From positions 28,116 to 92,115 of the forward strand of contig MU626335.1 in NCBI GenBank assembly GCA_025603075.1: a stretch of 64,000 nucleotides of DNA, in the 5' to 3' direction. Source of the stretch: Neoconidiobolus thromboides FSU 785 (taxonomy: Eukaryota > Fungi > Entomophthoromycota). Of the stretch, positions 10,689-23,517 are shown one piece after another; the stretch's first letter is position 1, and every line of letters starts with the position of its first letter. The position numbers and the translations under genes are program-made. Below the pieces are notes generated by a model, which saw only the letters and a program-made list of their open reading frames with translations, ran no database searches and was not told where the DNA came from.

Positions 10689-12724
10689 GGGGTTGCTATC
10701 AGTCATCTTGGCTAAAAATTATTATTATTGTCTAATATTCTCCCAGTTTAAATTATTTGTGTTATTATAATAAATATATATTCAGTTATGTGTTTTGGCT
10801 AAATTTTATTTTTATAATTGACATACTATTTTAAAATATACTTAAGCTAGAATAGAACGGGTACCTTTATGTAATATTCATTCTTAACTTTACATAGAAA
10901 TTTTCTTTAGAATTTAGTATCCTAAACGAAAATACTAAATACTGAATTTTGGTCTCATTTTTAAAATAAGCAAATTTTAATATGATGAATTGTATAAAGT
11001 ACAGATAGTTTCTTTAGGTTAATAGTTACTAGTTAGTTTTAAATTGAGTGTGATAGCTTATCAATTTTAAAAATAACCGTATATTCGAATATCTACCTAT
11101 TAATTAAATAATATTTATAGAACAAACATTCTATATCATCATAAAAACTAGAATTTTCTAAATATAATTCTAATATACAAAAATTTGCTACTGTACTTTA
11201 TTCAAATTATTGGCTCCAATCATAAATTGAACTTACTCAATTCCAAAATCCTGATTTCAAAAGTCTTATAAGAATTCCATTAATTTATTACATAACAGTT
11301 CATAATCACAAAAAAATAATTGCATTAGAACACAATGAGTTCCATCAATTTTAAAAAAAATTAAGCTCAAATGTTAACTTATTAACATACCACATGCAAA
11401 TGTGTGAACATTTAATAAGTCGATTTTGACTTTTTTATTATGAATTGAATAATAATGTTTATCAATTATATATGATCTAAGTTCACAATCGTAACATAAG
11501 TTTGGTCATCTACTGCTACCTTGTGTAATGGGAACAGTATATAATATGTCTATTCTCAATACATTTTAATATTTTTTATTTTATAATCCTTGATTTGTAA
11601 CTATTTGGCTTTTATAAATTAGGCAAATAATCGTTTATCCGTGGTAAATACCTAACTGTTATATTAAATCATCCAAAATATGATATATTACAGTCTTTCT
11701 GTATCAAACTGTCACATATTTGCTAACTAATTCTTAAACTCAAAGTTCTCTACTCTTACCTGACTTTAAATTAATCAACCGTATTGTATAGCTAATCATA
11801 GTATCAATTTGATATAAAGTTACTACAGCAATAAAAGCATTCTCAATCCAGACATATTATTTATCAAAAAGCTATACGAAGCACAGTCATACCGCAGCTT
11901 CATATACAACCAGCTTTCATGAATATCTACAAACTCTTGCCATAAATACCAAAATAAGCTATTTCAGAGTATCAGCGAGCATTTAATTATTATATTTTTA
12001 GTCCTTGATTTCTATTTTCGAACTTTTTCTTTTTAAACTTGATACGGAAACATGTTTTGTAGAAAATTTATTATGTAGGTTAATTTTTATTTTCCATCTT
12101 GGCGCAATCAACGGATGGTGCTTAAATAACAAGTTACAGTTTAAGTATTATTGTGGCACTTATAGTATAATGGTACTAAAATAACTTTTTATAAGGAAAA
12201 AAATAAGCAGATGGATTTATTTAAAAATGTGTGTATTAAAAATATTAGCTTTAGTTAAGACTAAAATTAAATAAAATCTTTTTCATGAAATCAAATTCAA
12301 AAATAAGAGTTCAATAAAATTTATAATAAAATTCTTTTCTATTTCTTATTTACATGTAAGCTATAAATAAAATATAATAAAATGTTTATTCTATGAAAAC
12401 ATCTTTATTTTAATTGGTTGTACTAGGAATATCTTTTAATATGAATTAGTGGTATACAGAATAAACACAATGTTAGAGATTTGACTTGTTTAATTCTTTT
12501 ATAAAAATAACCCGTCTATGGTGTACTATTAGTTAATACACTTTAGTTAAAAATAATAAGTGTAGGGTATATCATTTATTTATTGATAATAATTTAAAAT
12601 TAAGTTACCATGTTTATTTATTTATAATTATACTTTACAAATGGATAAATTGCAAAAAATTGTACTATTTGAGTTTTTAATATTAATACTTCTCTAAAGA
12701 ATAAAAGCAGTAATATATTCGAGT

Positions 12725-14157
12725 TTATAACTGGCTTTTATTTAAAAACGAATATTCATAAACACTTAACCTTGAATTTGAATATTCTTTTTCGTCATCA
12801 TAAGAATTATGCCTTGAGCCAGCGGTAGTAAGTAAGTAAGGTAAATTGGGATGAAACTGAGTTGTAGAGACAGTGTCATTATGAATGGAGCTATTGAATA
12901 TTTCATTTTCACTTTTCTTGTCATCATCATTTTGCTTTGTGATATCAAACAATTTAACTTGCCCTTCTTGGTCTCCGGTAATAAGATACTGTTGAAATAG
13001 ATCAAAATAAACTCTCTGATCCGAATACAATTTTCTATAATATTCTGTAATACAATATTTAGGATACCTTAAATCAAATAAAACTATATTAGAGCTACGC
13101 CTTGATCCTATAACTATATAATGATCATCATAAAATTGAGTCTTTGTCACACCTTTTATACTTTCATGATTTAATATTACTTTAGCTTGATTTAAGTGAC
13201 TGGTTTCGTTTGGATTATAAATACCAACACTACCTCCGAAGCTTCCTGCTGCATAATAGTTAAAACTCGGGTTAAAGCTTATGCTACTTATAATTCCCTT
13301 TTGTCCATCTTTACTTTTTCTTGTTCCTATTGTTTTTTGTTTAATTCCTTGCTTTTCAGGTCGAGTTATATCTATTATTTCTATTTGATTAAAATAGCCA
13401 CAATATAACCTAAGCAATGGTTGATTAAAGTAGAATTAATGAATAGGAAAAATCAATACTTTGTACCGCTACTATCAAATGTCATACAGTTTGGGCCGAT
13501 ATACCTTTCTCTATGATCTATTATTGAATAAGAAGCTCTAGTCTATTATTTAAATACATGATTGTACTTTTTAAGTTAATTTTATACCTTTCCAGTTATT
13601 CCGTCTATTAAGTGAATTGGATTGTCTGTACTTCCAATCAAAAAGCAATTTGTTATCTCATCTAATCATATTTAATCAAATATATAAATAAAGGGTAGTA
13701 TGTTACCTTGTATATTCATGTAGGGATACCAAACCATAGAACAAGTTGGGACTGGTCTTGAAATCGAAAAGCTTGGTTTTAATTCTACTGTCATTTAGAA
13801 ACAAATTGGATTTAAATCTTGTTATTAAATATGATTTACTATTATCTTCCTGTTTATTAGTTAAATTCGAACTAAACAAGTTAATTTATTTATCTATTAT
13901 AATATTTATTTATTAATTTTAGTTACCTATTAAGTACAGTTATATTTTTATCACTTCTATCACTTAGTATTCTTGAGCCATCCGGGGACCTTTATGCTTC
14001 TAATAAGTTAAATTCTAAATCTTTCATTTTGTTTTACCATATTGCATGTTTAAAAAAATGGCCTTATATTATTTGTTATTCACTATACTAAATATTAAAT
14101 ATTGGATTTACTTGAGATATCTATTTCTATATATGATTTATCTTTTAAACTGAACAT
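12725..14157 (-). CDS. WRAP53: WD40 telomerase Cajal body protein 1 (WRAP53/WDR79/TCAB1, yeast Swt21) homolog, multi-exon
   Basis: Spliced N-terminus MFSLKDKSYIEIDISSHFFKHAIWSPDGSRIL. Family-typical motifs LYCGYFNQIEIIDITRP, GQKGIISSI, SDQRVYFDL and FHPNLPYLLTTAGSR. Confidence 0.85.
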
Positions 14158-14321
14158 TGATAAATTAAAAAAGTAATCCAATTTTTGCTCTACTAAATTA
14201 TTGTATTAGAAAATAGATCAAATAAAAAGAATTTATTTAAATAAGGTAAATATAATGACTAAGATATATACAAGAAAGAAAAGAATAATAAATAGATAAT
14301 GATTTAAAATTTATAAATTAA

Positions 14322-15257
14322 TTATTCTAAGATAGGGGAATTAGGGGTAGTAGTATTATGTTCACTTGAGTTATTTGAGCTGCTTTTAGATACCGATTCT
14401 TCAATATTTTCCAAATTCCAAACATTATCATCAAACGGAATGGATCGAATTAATTTTATTTCCTTTTTATCCTTATTAATTAACAAGGTCTCATTATTAT
14501 TATTGTCTAGATCATTTTGATTATGATTCACACCACTGTTATTACGGTCATTATATTTAACATTGTTCCGATTGTAGAAGCTCTTTACTAATAGGGTTAA
14601 AAAGGTATTGTCATTTTCCGGATGCATAAATTGAAATAAAAACAAAGATAATAATTTAACATGATCATAAAAGGGCCATAGTCTTAATAAAACTCGATCC
14701 ATAGGTTTTATTAACTTTAAAGTACCATAGTAACACCAATATTTTAGCCAAAACCTCTGATTCATATTATTCTTACTACTCTGTTCTTTATTAATTATTG
14801 AATAAAAAGAAGATAATATTGGATAAACAAATTGAATAAATAACCAAAAATATTTCTTATTGACTTTATAAAACCTTTTTAATAAATATACCTTGGTTAA
14901 TACCCCAATTATGTCTAAATAAAATGGCGAAAAATACAAATAATTATAATAGCTATAATTATTTCTTGTTATTCTATTGTATTCTTGTTTTAACTGGTCC
15001 TGTTGTTGATAAATCCTATCCATTAAGCTTCGGATTTCTTTTGGCACTTGGTGTTTGATCCATTCTATTAAACTCAAAAAAAATCCTAATCCCATTTTTT
15101 CCCGCTTATTTTCCATTACTCCATGATTATTTACATCTTCTATATTATCACTTTCATCTATATTGTTATTATTGTTTAGCGCTAGCTGTAGTTCCGATTC
15201 ATTAACCAACTCCATTTGATTTAAAAATTTATAAAAGAACAAATTACTGACATCCAC
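14322..15257 (-). CDS. TB2/DP1/HVA22 (REEP/Yop1-like) domain membrane protein
   Basis: QRFWLKYWCYYGTLKLIKPMDRVLLRLWPFYDHVKLLSLFLFQFMHP matches the HVA22 signature (WLxYW...WxPFY..xKL). Start uncertain: the track uses GTG and the first ATG is at ~15215. Confidence 0.7.
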   Translation of the reverse strand: MDVSNLFFYKFLNQMELVNESELQLALNNNNNIDESDNIEDVNNHGVMENKREKMGLGFFLSLIEWIKHQVPKEIRSLMDRIYQQQDQLKQEYNRITRNNYSYYNYLYFSPFYLDIIGVLTKVYLLKRFYKVNKKYFWLFIQFVYPILSSFYSIINKEQSSKNNMNQRFWLKYWCYYGTLKLIKPMDRVLLRLWPFYDHVKLLSLFLFQFMHPENDNTFLTLLVKSFYNRNNVKYNDRNNSGVNHNQNDLDNNNNETLLINKDKKEIKLIRSIPFDDNVWNLENIEESVSKSSSNNSSEHNTTTPNSPILE

Positions 15258-16126
15258 TGTTTATTTTTTAAGGATTATAAAATGAAACACCAACTTGCTT
15301 TATTATTCAAGTAAGAAAACCAGCTTCTAGTCAAGTCATGGAAACATTGTTTATTTTTTGGATTTCTTTTTTATTATTGGTTTTTGGTATGCAAGTTTCA
15401 CATGTTGGGGCTCTTTTTTTCAAAGTATTACTGAATTTTTGTTCATCCAATCATCCTTTTCTCCCGATTATTTAAGTGGCTTTATTGGCCACTATAGTAA
15501 CTAAGTAGTTTAAATAGGAATTAGTTCTATTTTTTATTTATAAAGTAAAGAATGTTGGTTATACAAATACTAACATTTAAATATACTTATTTTAATACTT
15601 GTAATAATAAATTATAAGTAAGTCAAATCAAATATTAGCAGAAGTGAGCCATTGTCTATCAGATATAAAATATTTTCAAAATCAATGTAAAGCTTCTATA
15701 CGAACATAGAAATAACTTATTCACTATACTGATCAAATTATGAATCAAAATTACTTGTGATAAAATAAGACAAAACCTTCTGTTGGCCACAGTCAAGAAG
15801 AGTAAGGGTCTTTTTCCTTACTAATTTTTGCAGTTTTTCTTACAGATAAAAAAGGTGTCATTCAAAAAAAGATTATCTAAGCTCTTCAAGCTTAGAAATT
15901 AAAATCATGTCAGAAATTTATTATTTTTTTAAATTTTATATATCAAAATGAAATTAATAATAAATAAAGCTATCAATGTTAAAAGGTAATATATAAGCCA
16001 AATAATTATAATTGAGTAATCTTGAGATTTAAAAACTAATATTTCCAGTGATTATCTAATAAGTTTTTATTGAAGAATATATAAAAAAGTATTTTTAATT
16101 TTATTTGAATCAAAATTTGATCATAT

Positions 16127-16221
16127 GTAGATGTAATTTGTTTAAAAATCTTACTAACAATCTTTCCGTTTAAATAATGCTTAAATAATTGAAGAAGTGA
16201 CGAAATCAAAAAAGCACCCCT
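16127..16221 (+). mobile_element. MITE family 1 copy (degenerate)
   Basis: GTAGATGTAATTTG...AAAAAGCACCCCT with the family core. Confidence 0.65.
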
Positions 16222-16363
16222 AATATTAATAAAATCTTGGGATAAAATTAAAGCTTTAAATTGAAAATTGATTCCTTTCCGAACGGGATGAAAATACGCA
16301 AAAAGACTCCTATTCTTCTTAATTGTGACCTTTTTATTTAAATTAGTATGAATGTCAGCATAT

Positions 16364-16462
16364 GGGGATGTATTTTTGTGTTTAAGAATTTTATTAGCAA
16401 TTTTTCCACTCAGGTAGTGCTTAAAAGATGGAAAAAGTAATGAAATAGAAAAAAACATCTCC
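16364..16462 (+). mobile_element. MITE family 1 copy
   Basis: GGGGATGTATTTTT...AAAAAAACATCTCC flanked by ATAT/ATAT. Confidence 0.85.
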
Positions 16463-16706
16463 ATATAATAATATAATACCCTATATAATTTACTTTCTAT
16501 TTAGAGTGTTATATATGAAATTATTTTAGATGTACTAAAATAAAACGGATGTTTTAAAAGCTCAATGTTTCCAATAAAATTAGAAGAAAAGAATTATTTA
16601 TTTTGTCACTATACTGTTTTCCTCACTATGTATTTAGCATTATTGATATACATTTATTTTATTTCTTTTTGATTTATTTTTTTGGAAGATAAAAACTAAG
16701 TACATA

Positions 16707-17911
16707 TTAATCCAAGCAACTCTGTAAATTCAAAGCTAAGGTAAGTTTTTTGGAGTAGTTTAACTTTTAACTTAGACATTGGATCTATTGTTAAATAAAA
16801 TAAATCTGAACAATGATCCAGGGTATATCCCATAATAATAGTGTATAGAATAGGCTCCTGACTTTAAGCCATCTAACCACAATCTTATTAGATTGGCTCT
16901 ACTTCTTTCAAATACTTTCTCAATTTTTAAAATATACTTCATTTTATAACTGTAAGTGGTTTCTAAATCAATTAATTCTTTCAATTGAGAAATGGAAGCC
17001 GCTATTTTACTAGTCATATTATCACACTCATATACGACTAAAATCCGAAGCTTTGGTGCTATTTTTTCAAAAGTAGCAATACATTTCAAATCAATCAAAA
17101 TAGTCCCACAGAAGATTACAAGTACCTCAAAAGGATAGTTAAAAACGGTTCAAAAATAGACTAGTTAAACTAAGAAAATAGATGAAACCAATTAAAAGCT
17201 CATAATCTAGAGTGTAAAAATTTAAATATAAAACTCCTAACAATTTAACTGTATGACTTTGAAATAGGACCCAACTCTGTTTATTTGATTTTGTAAATAA
17301 TCTCAAATCTTGTAAATTCGTACAATTAATTAGTATTAGTTCTATGTATCGAAGCTCAAAATTTCTACTGTATAGATGTATACCCTTGATCTTTCTTGAT
17401 ATATTCGGCAATAGAAAACCTAACATAATTATCAACTTTGTCTGTATTTAATGAGGTCACCTTTTTGAGTAGTTACTTCGGTTGTATATCACATAGTAAG
17501 CTTTCATTTCCCCTTTGGTTTAAAATTTGTTCCTTACTGTCATTGTAGTCTAATTCTGTTAGACTTAAATTCTTATGTTTCTCTAAATTCAAGAAAATAA
17601 TGCTTTGAAGTTATAAACATAGTGGTAGCATTTTTACAATGCTTTAAATTATACTTGATATATGCTCCATCCTTTATTCATAACATTTTGATATATTTAC
17701 CATACTTCGTGAGTATTTTTCTCATTAGCTTGAGTTTTCTTCCTCCATAGGATGAATCTAAATCTTCTTAGATCACTGGTATAGATGCTTTATTTTGCCC
17801 TTTATAAACAAATAAAAGTTTGAAAGCATCTCTGATTTGTAATAATTCCGTTATCTCCTTTAATATAACGCTTATTAGCTTTCTTAATTGGAATCTAAAT
17901 CCTTGCATCAT
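16707..17911 (-). pseudogene. Degenerate F-box/LRR gene, close paralog of 61561-62928
   Basis: MMQGFRFQLRKLISVILKEITELLQIRDAFKLL...VI*EDLDSSYGGRKLKLMRK...KML*IKDG aligns codon-for-codon with the 61561 copy, with Trp codons changed to TAA/TGA. LPNISRKIKG, NLQDLRLFT and IAPKLRIL are shared, and both copies end in the same GAT-TAA. Confidence 0.85.
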
Positions 17912-18741
17912 AGCTTAAAAAAGAGTAAAAGAAGTTTAAAAACGGGCTTTTACATTACTATGTTTATTAGTGTTTATGATTTATTTTTTGATTCACTAAT
18001 AAGAATCCATAATTTGATATAAGAACATTTAAATGATTTTATGCAATTTATAATATTGCTAATTTATAAAATTAAGTATTTTGCTATTGTCATTTCATAA
18101 CATTTTGATTTTATTTAAATGTTTGATTTTATTTAAAAATATTTATTTTGATAACTCTACTATAATAGAAACTAAATATTTATGAAGATTTTATATTGCC
18201 TACATGTAGGTAGCATCATTTCAACTATTTTACAAAGTAGAAAAAATGTATATTTTGAATTGCCTATTTGAATCCAAGGCTATAAAAAGAAAAAAGTATA
18301 GTGCTTTATTAGTAAATTAAAACACAAATAGCAGTTAAAAGACATACTAAATAAACAATATAATTTCACATTAGACTTAAAACAATAAATTATTTTTATA
18401 AATAGCTTATATAAATTTAAAAATTTAAAAACTATAGATAGTTCAAAAAAGTATAATAGCAAAATTTTATAGGTATGAAATTGATAGGCCAAATTTTGAA
18501 TTTTATTACTAATTTTGTATTACTAACTTAATTATCCCTTCTGATAATTATTACATTAACCAATATAACAGTTAATAAACTATAATCACTTAACTATTTG
18601 TAATGATTTTTCATAAAACAACTGAAAGCTTAATAACCTAAAAAAAATCAAAGTAATATTACAACCATATAGTAACTTGAGAGCTTATGCGAAAAGATAC
18701 TAGACTATTTAAAAGTACTTTATACATAATTGAAAATATTT

Positions 18742-18838
18742 GGAGATATTTTTTTGGCTTGATCACTTTTTCCATTTTTCAAGCACTATTTCAGTGGAAA
18801 GATCATTAATAAATTCCTTAAACAAAAAATACATCCCC
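18742..18838 (-). mobile_element. MITE family 1 copy
   Basis: GGAGATATTTTT...AAAAATACATCCCC flanked by the direct repeat ATTT/ATTT. Confidence 0.85.
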
Positions 18839-19442
18839 ATTTGGATTTGATAATAAGGTTTAAATATGTAGACAACACCAGTATAACAATTTCTGCTTAA
18901 TAATTCTAAACTTTATATCAATGTATTTCCACTTAGCAAATTTTCAAAATACGTTATATCTTTTGGTTATTGTCTATTTTTAAAAGTAATATTGTTCACT
19001 TATTAGTTTAATATCAATAATTTGTATTTAAATTAACTAAGAAAGAGGAAAATATTTATTTCAGTCTTTGTAAAAATCGATTCTAAATTGATAATGCTTG
19101 AATTTTGATTGTTAAAATGTATAAAAAAATGAAATTTTATATTATATGAGTTACAATGTATTATGTAACAGTTCAAATTACTAATTTGTCGCTTACATAA
19201 TAAAACGTAATACTATTTTTTAAGCTCAGTTTCAAAATTAAGTCACTTTATGAAATTCGAAATATTCGAAATATATTATATCTATATTCACATATAAATA
19301 TAAAGAGAATGAATAGAATAAAAAGCAAGTATAAATTTTAATAAATTAAACTGTATCCAAGAAGATTTTTTACAGTTTCATAAAAAAAATAAACAATATC
19401 AGTTATTTATTTTGTCGGATATCAAAAATCAACAAAATTTAA

Positions 19443-19997
19443 ATGTTTCCAAATATTAATTTGACTTCTAACAACAATATTATTGTAGAACATAATGGTA
19501 ATATGTTGGAACGTAATAACAATATATCATGTAATAATGTGCTTATGGATAATGATTTAAAAGAAAGAGATCTCAATTACTCCAATATTCCTCCCCAATC
19601 TCAATTTGTAACGAACAATTATAACTGTAGCTCTATTACCGGATTGACGTTATTATACACATTTGATACGTTGGATTTATTATTTATACAATTATTTAGC
19701 TCCATGAATAATGGATTGATATTGAATTATTTTAATGAAAGCGAAATGGAATATTTTAAACAAAATAGGCACCAACCAATATATAATTTTATATTATTAA
19801 AATTACTATACACTTCATTAAATTTGTATTTAAAACCAGAGCATGCCACTAAATCTATTCTTTATTTAAATCATATTGTATTGTTTTTAGAACATTATCA
19901 AAGATGTATATATAAATATGAATTAGATTCTATTCAAGAAAGTTATTTAAATCGTGTTTTATTAATTCCATTTGTTCCTTATGCTTATTTTGAATAA
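19443..19997 (+). CDS. Hypothetical protein, paralog of 2580-3245
   Basis: 184-aa ORF sharing KQNR, YN, LKP, TK and YLxHI motifs with 2580-3245. Confidence 0.7.
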   Translation: MFPNINLTSNNNIIVEHNGNMLERNNNISCNNVLMDNDLKERDLNYSNIPPQSQFVTNNYNCSSITGLTLLYTFDTLDLLFIQLFSSMNNGLILNYFNESEMEYFKQNRHQPIYNFILLKLLYTSLNLYLKPEHATKSILYLNHIVLFLEHYQRCIYKYELDSIQESYLNRVLLIPFVPYAYFE

Positions 19998-20189
19998 TGT
20001 TTTTATATAATAAACCAAAATAAAGGTTTTGATTACAAGTATGAATCTAGTATAATAATGTATTATGAATAGTTTAAATGTAAAAATTGCAATTGATTTA
20101 AATAATTTTATTTTTAATACAAATATAAATAAAGAGTAATATTGATTCAAGAGATTAATAATAACTACAAATTTTGTGTTATTACTAAC

Positions 20190-21353
20190 TTATAGTAATC
20201 CACCTAATAATCCACCGCTTTGTCTTTGACCTTGTTTTTGACTCCCAGTGCCAAGAAGATTATTAACAAAACCTCCAAATAAACTATTAGGTCCTAATAA
20301 ACCATTTATGAGACCTCCACTTGATTGAGTTTGGGATTGGGATTGTCCAGAGCTTCCAGTAGAACCTTGATTATAATTATAAGGATAGTTTCCATAATTA
20401 CCGTATGGATAACCCCCATAATTGTATCCGTAATTTCCATAATAATTCGATGGATAATTTCCATAATTGTATGAGTATCCGTTAGATGGATTGGTCCCAA
20501 ATTGAAATCCTCCATTGCTATTACCACCACTTACACTTTGAGATCCACTACCAAATTGGAATCCTCCATTAGTTGGATTACTTCCAGTTTGGGATCCAGT
20601 ATTAATTGAGCCACTTACACCTTGTGATCCACTTCCAAATTGAAATCCAACGCTATCAGAGCCAGTCCCACTTTGTGATCCAGGATTAGATGAGCTGCTT
20701 CCAAATTGGAAACCTCCATTGGCTGGGTTTCCTCCAAATTGAAAACCTACGCTACCAGGGTTGCCTCCATTTTGCGATCCAGGGCTAGGTGAACCATTTC
20801 CACTTTGTGACCCGGGATTAGATGAGCCGCTTCCACTTTGTGACCCAGGATTTGATGAACCATTTCCACTTTGTGACCCAGGGTTTGATGAACCATTTCC
20901 ACTTTGTGATCCAGGGTTTGGTGAACCACTCCCGAACTGGAAATCATTATTACCTGGATTTCCTGTAAATTGGAAACCCCCATTTGTTGGGTCAGCTCCA
21001 AATTGGAAACCTATGCCACCAGATCCACTTCCAGCTTGTATACCGGGATTTTGGGGCCCATTTCCGCTTTGTGCACCAGGATTTTGAGAACTGCTTCCAA
21101 ACTGGAAGCTTCCACTAGTTGGATCAGCACCAAATTGAAAACCAGCACTAGTAGGATTACCTCCGCTTTGTGCACCAGGGCTTGAAGAGCCACTTGGACC
21201 TTGTGATCCAGAATTAGATGATCCAGCACCAAATTGAAAGCCAGTATTAGGATAACCAAAGCCCTTTTTATCTACTGATGAATCAGTTTGAATATCACTG
21301 AGTGGAATAGCTAATGCAGAAGTTACTAAAGTTATGTAGAGAGGAAAGATCAT
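20190..21353 (-). CDS. Secreted Gly/Ser/Gln-rich repeat protein, array member 1 (387 aa)
   Basis: Signal peptide (MIFPLYITLVTSALAIP), SVDKKGF junction, 11 FQF(G/T) motifs, NPGSQSGNGSS repeats, a YGNY block, and C-terminus GGLINGLLGPNSLFGGFVNNLLG...GGLLGGLL. Confidence 0.85.
   Translation of the reverse strand: MIFPLYITLVTSALAIPLSDIQTDSSVDKKGFGYPNTGFQFGAGSSNSGSQGPSGSSSPGAQSGGNPTSAGFQFGADPTSGSFQFGSSSQNPGAQSGNGPQNPGIQAGSGSGGIGFQFGADPTNGGFQFTGNPGNNDFQFGSGSPNPGSQSGNGSSNPGSQSGNGSSNPGSQSGSGSSNPGSQSGNGSPSPGSQNGGNPGSVGFQFGGNPANGGFQFGSSSSNPGSQSGTGSDSVGFQFGSGSQGVSGSINTGSQTGSNPTNGGFQFGSGSQSVSGGNSNGGFQFGTNPSNGYSYNYGNYPSNYYGNYGYNYGGYPYGNYGNYPYNYNQGSTGSSGQSQSQTQSSGGLINGLLGPNSLFGGFVNNLLGTGSQKQGQRQSGGLLGGLL
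20768..20932 (-). repeat. Coding 33-bp tandem repeat (~5 units, NPGSQSGNGSS)
   Basis: Unit TGAACCATTTCCACTTTGTGACCCAGGATTTGA repeated on the + strand inside member 1. Confidence 0.9.
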
Positions 21354-21846
21354 AATTGATATTTTTATTCTTTTTTTGATGTTATTATAAGTACAATTTT
21401 AAGCTGTTTTTATATTGTATTTTCATTAATATCATTTATTTAAAGGCGTTCGATTTCTACACTGGATGTAGTTTTTTTAAAGCCTCACAAATCAATGAAA
21501 TCTTGAATTAAAAAAGACATGATTTTTTGATGGGCTTATTTTAACAATTAAAGTAGCCTGGTAAAAAGATTTTATTGATTTACTTACTATTACAACTATT
21601 TAAGTTTAAATGTTAAATAATAATGATTTTTATAACCACCAATAGTTTACATTGTTGGATTTTGAGTTTTAAAGCATGATTTTATTATTAAATGAACAGT
21701 TAAGTAGTGCAAATTTGATTTAAACAGTTGTACATCATTCACTTGAATTTCATGCATTGAATCAACTTAAATAAGGTTGATTTTGCAATAAAAGCCTTAG
21801 ATTAAATCAAATCAGATCAAATAGTAATTTTGTTCAAGTAATAAAT

Positions 21847-21944
21847 GGGACGAGTTTTTTTGTTTAAGAATTTTATTAAAAATTTTTTGATTCAAATATT
21901 GCTTAAAAAATAGAGAAAGTAATGAAATCAAAAATAACGTTCTC
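21847..21944 (+). mobile_element. MITE family 1 copy
   Basis: Family core, flanked AAAT/AAAT. Confidence 0.75.
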
Positions 21945-22705
21945 AAATTAAATGTTAAGTTAATATAAATTAATATTAAACAGCATAGTTATTTTTTATA
22001 AATCCATAATTTTTAAAAAGCCTTCTATTAAATAATCAAACTTGAAGTTGATTGATAATAACCCTTAGCAGTCCAAGTTCTGTTTGAATGGCCATCTGAG
22101 CACTTTGTATTATTTTTATCATAAAATACTTTATAATTTTGCATTTGTCAAGCACTAATTTAAAACTATCTTTTTTTCTATAATAAAGCTATTATTTTAA
22201 AAATTAAATCAATTTCATAATACAATTTTTTGATTGAATGAATATTTAAATTCAATGAATGTGTGTTATTAATATTTTTAAAAAAGTATTAAAAGATTGT
22301 TTTTACTTATCAAAAAAACTTTAGAATTTAATCTTGTATTTATATTACTTTGCATTTTTATAGTGGTTATTTTCAACCCAAGATTTATTTTTTATTCAAT
22401 TTTAATATATTTAAAGTTATAGTAAGGTAGAAGTATTATTAAAGAAAATGAAACGTAATGAGATTATGGCCCTTTTTTCCTCTTTATTCATTCATTTTTG
22501 TTAATAATACGTTTGAAAACTTATACTTTTTTATATATGTTTGAAAAAAGATTAGATGTTACAAAATACTTTTTTATAATTACTTTAAAATTAGAAGTTT
22601 AAATTTATCAATTTATAAACTTAGTTTATTAATTAAAAAATTGAATAAAATAAAATAAAATAAAATAACAGTATATGGAAACAGTTAATTAGTTAAATAC
22701 AACAT

Positions 22706-22804
22706 GGGAGTGTTTTTTTTGACTTCATTATTTTTTCCATTTTTAAGTACTATTTAAAGCGGAAAATTTGTTAGTAAAATTTTTAAACACAAAAATACAT
22801 CCCC
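22706..22804 (-). mobile_element. MITE family 1 copy
   Basis: GGGAGTGTTTTTTT...AAAAATACATCCCC. Confidence 0.8.
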
Positions 22805-22931
22805 GTATACGAATTTTCAATTTTGATAGTTTAATTGAAGTTAATTGAAATTGAAATTGAAATTGTTCCCAAATGAGTCTACTTTGATTTAAATGTGTAT
22901 CCTCAAAAATGAAATATTTAAATAAATATAC

Positions 22932-23030
22932 GGGAATAATTTTTTTGCTTTCATTACTTTTTCCACCTTTTAAGTGCTATTTGAGCCGAAACATTGTTAG
23001 TAGAATTCTTAAGCAAAAAAGTATATCCCC
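22932..23030 (-). mobile_element. MITE family 1 copy
   Basis: GGGAATAATTTTTTT...AAAAAGTATATCCCC with the family core. Confidence 0.8.
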
Positions 23031-23517
23031 ATATTATGAAAATAGTACGTATTATTAAAAAAGAACTTTTATCCTTTTTATCTTTTTTGATAATTTTCAG
23101 TTAATTTTTCTTAATTATAATAGTTGTGTTTTATCGATTTTAATTTATAAAACTTTAGCTGCTGACTTTTAGGAAAATATTAATTAATAAAAAATTAAGT
23201 ACTATTCTTTACTATAAAAAAAGTAAAATATAAAAACATTATGCTGAATAAATACTTTAAAAATTAATATTAGTATCAAATACAATTCCAAATAATAAAA
23301 TAAATCTGCTTTTAATATTTTCTATCAAATACTAAATAAACCTAAGTTATAAGCCTTTTTAATAAAAAATAGAATAAAAGTATCAAAGTAAGTTAAAAAT
23401 AAATCAAATATTATAATAAACGTTAAAAAATATATGTAAAAAGCGAAGATAAAGATAAATATGAAACAAATTTGCTATTAATTCGAAACAAAATAAAGTT
23501 AGTATTAAAAATTAAAT

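Noticed and set aside
12093-12180. tRNA-like snippets (CATCTTGGCGCA; TAGTATAATGGT)
   Set aside because: No T-arm or acceptor-stem pairing could be built.
16036-16464. 142-aa ORF in the track
   Set aside because: Spans two MITE family 1 copies. The repeated FKHYLxGKI peptide is just translation of the MITE core.
20306-21259. Overlapping ORFs 20306-20530, 20747-21001, 20761-21087, 20970-21185 and 21011-21259
   Set aside because: Off-frame or antisense shadows of the repetitive Gly-rich CDS. The same applies to 24105-24330, 27113-27633, 28763-29060, 30773-31009, 33172-33481 and 44263-44649.
20190-21353. FG-repeat nucleoporin
   Set aside because: Has an N-terminal signal peptide and the array's junction and tail, and lacks a nucleoporin anchor domain.
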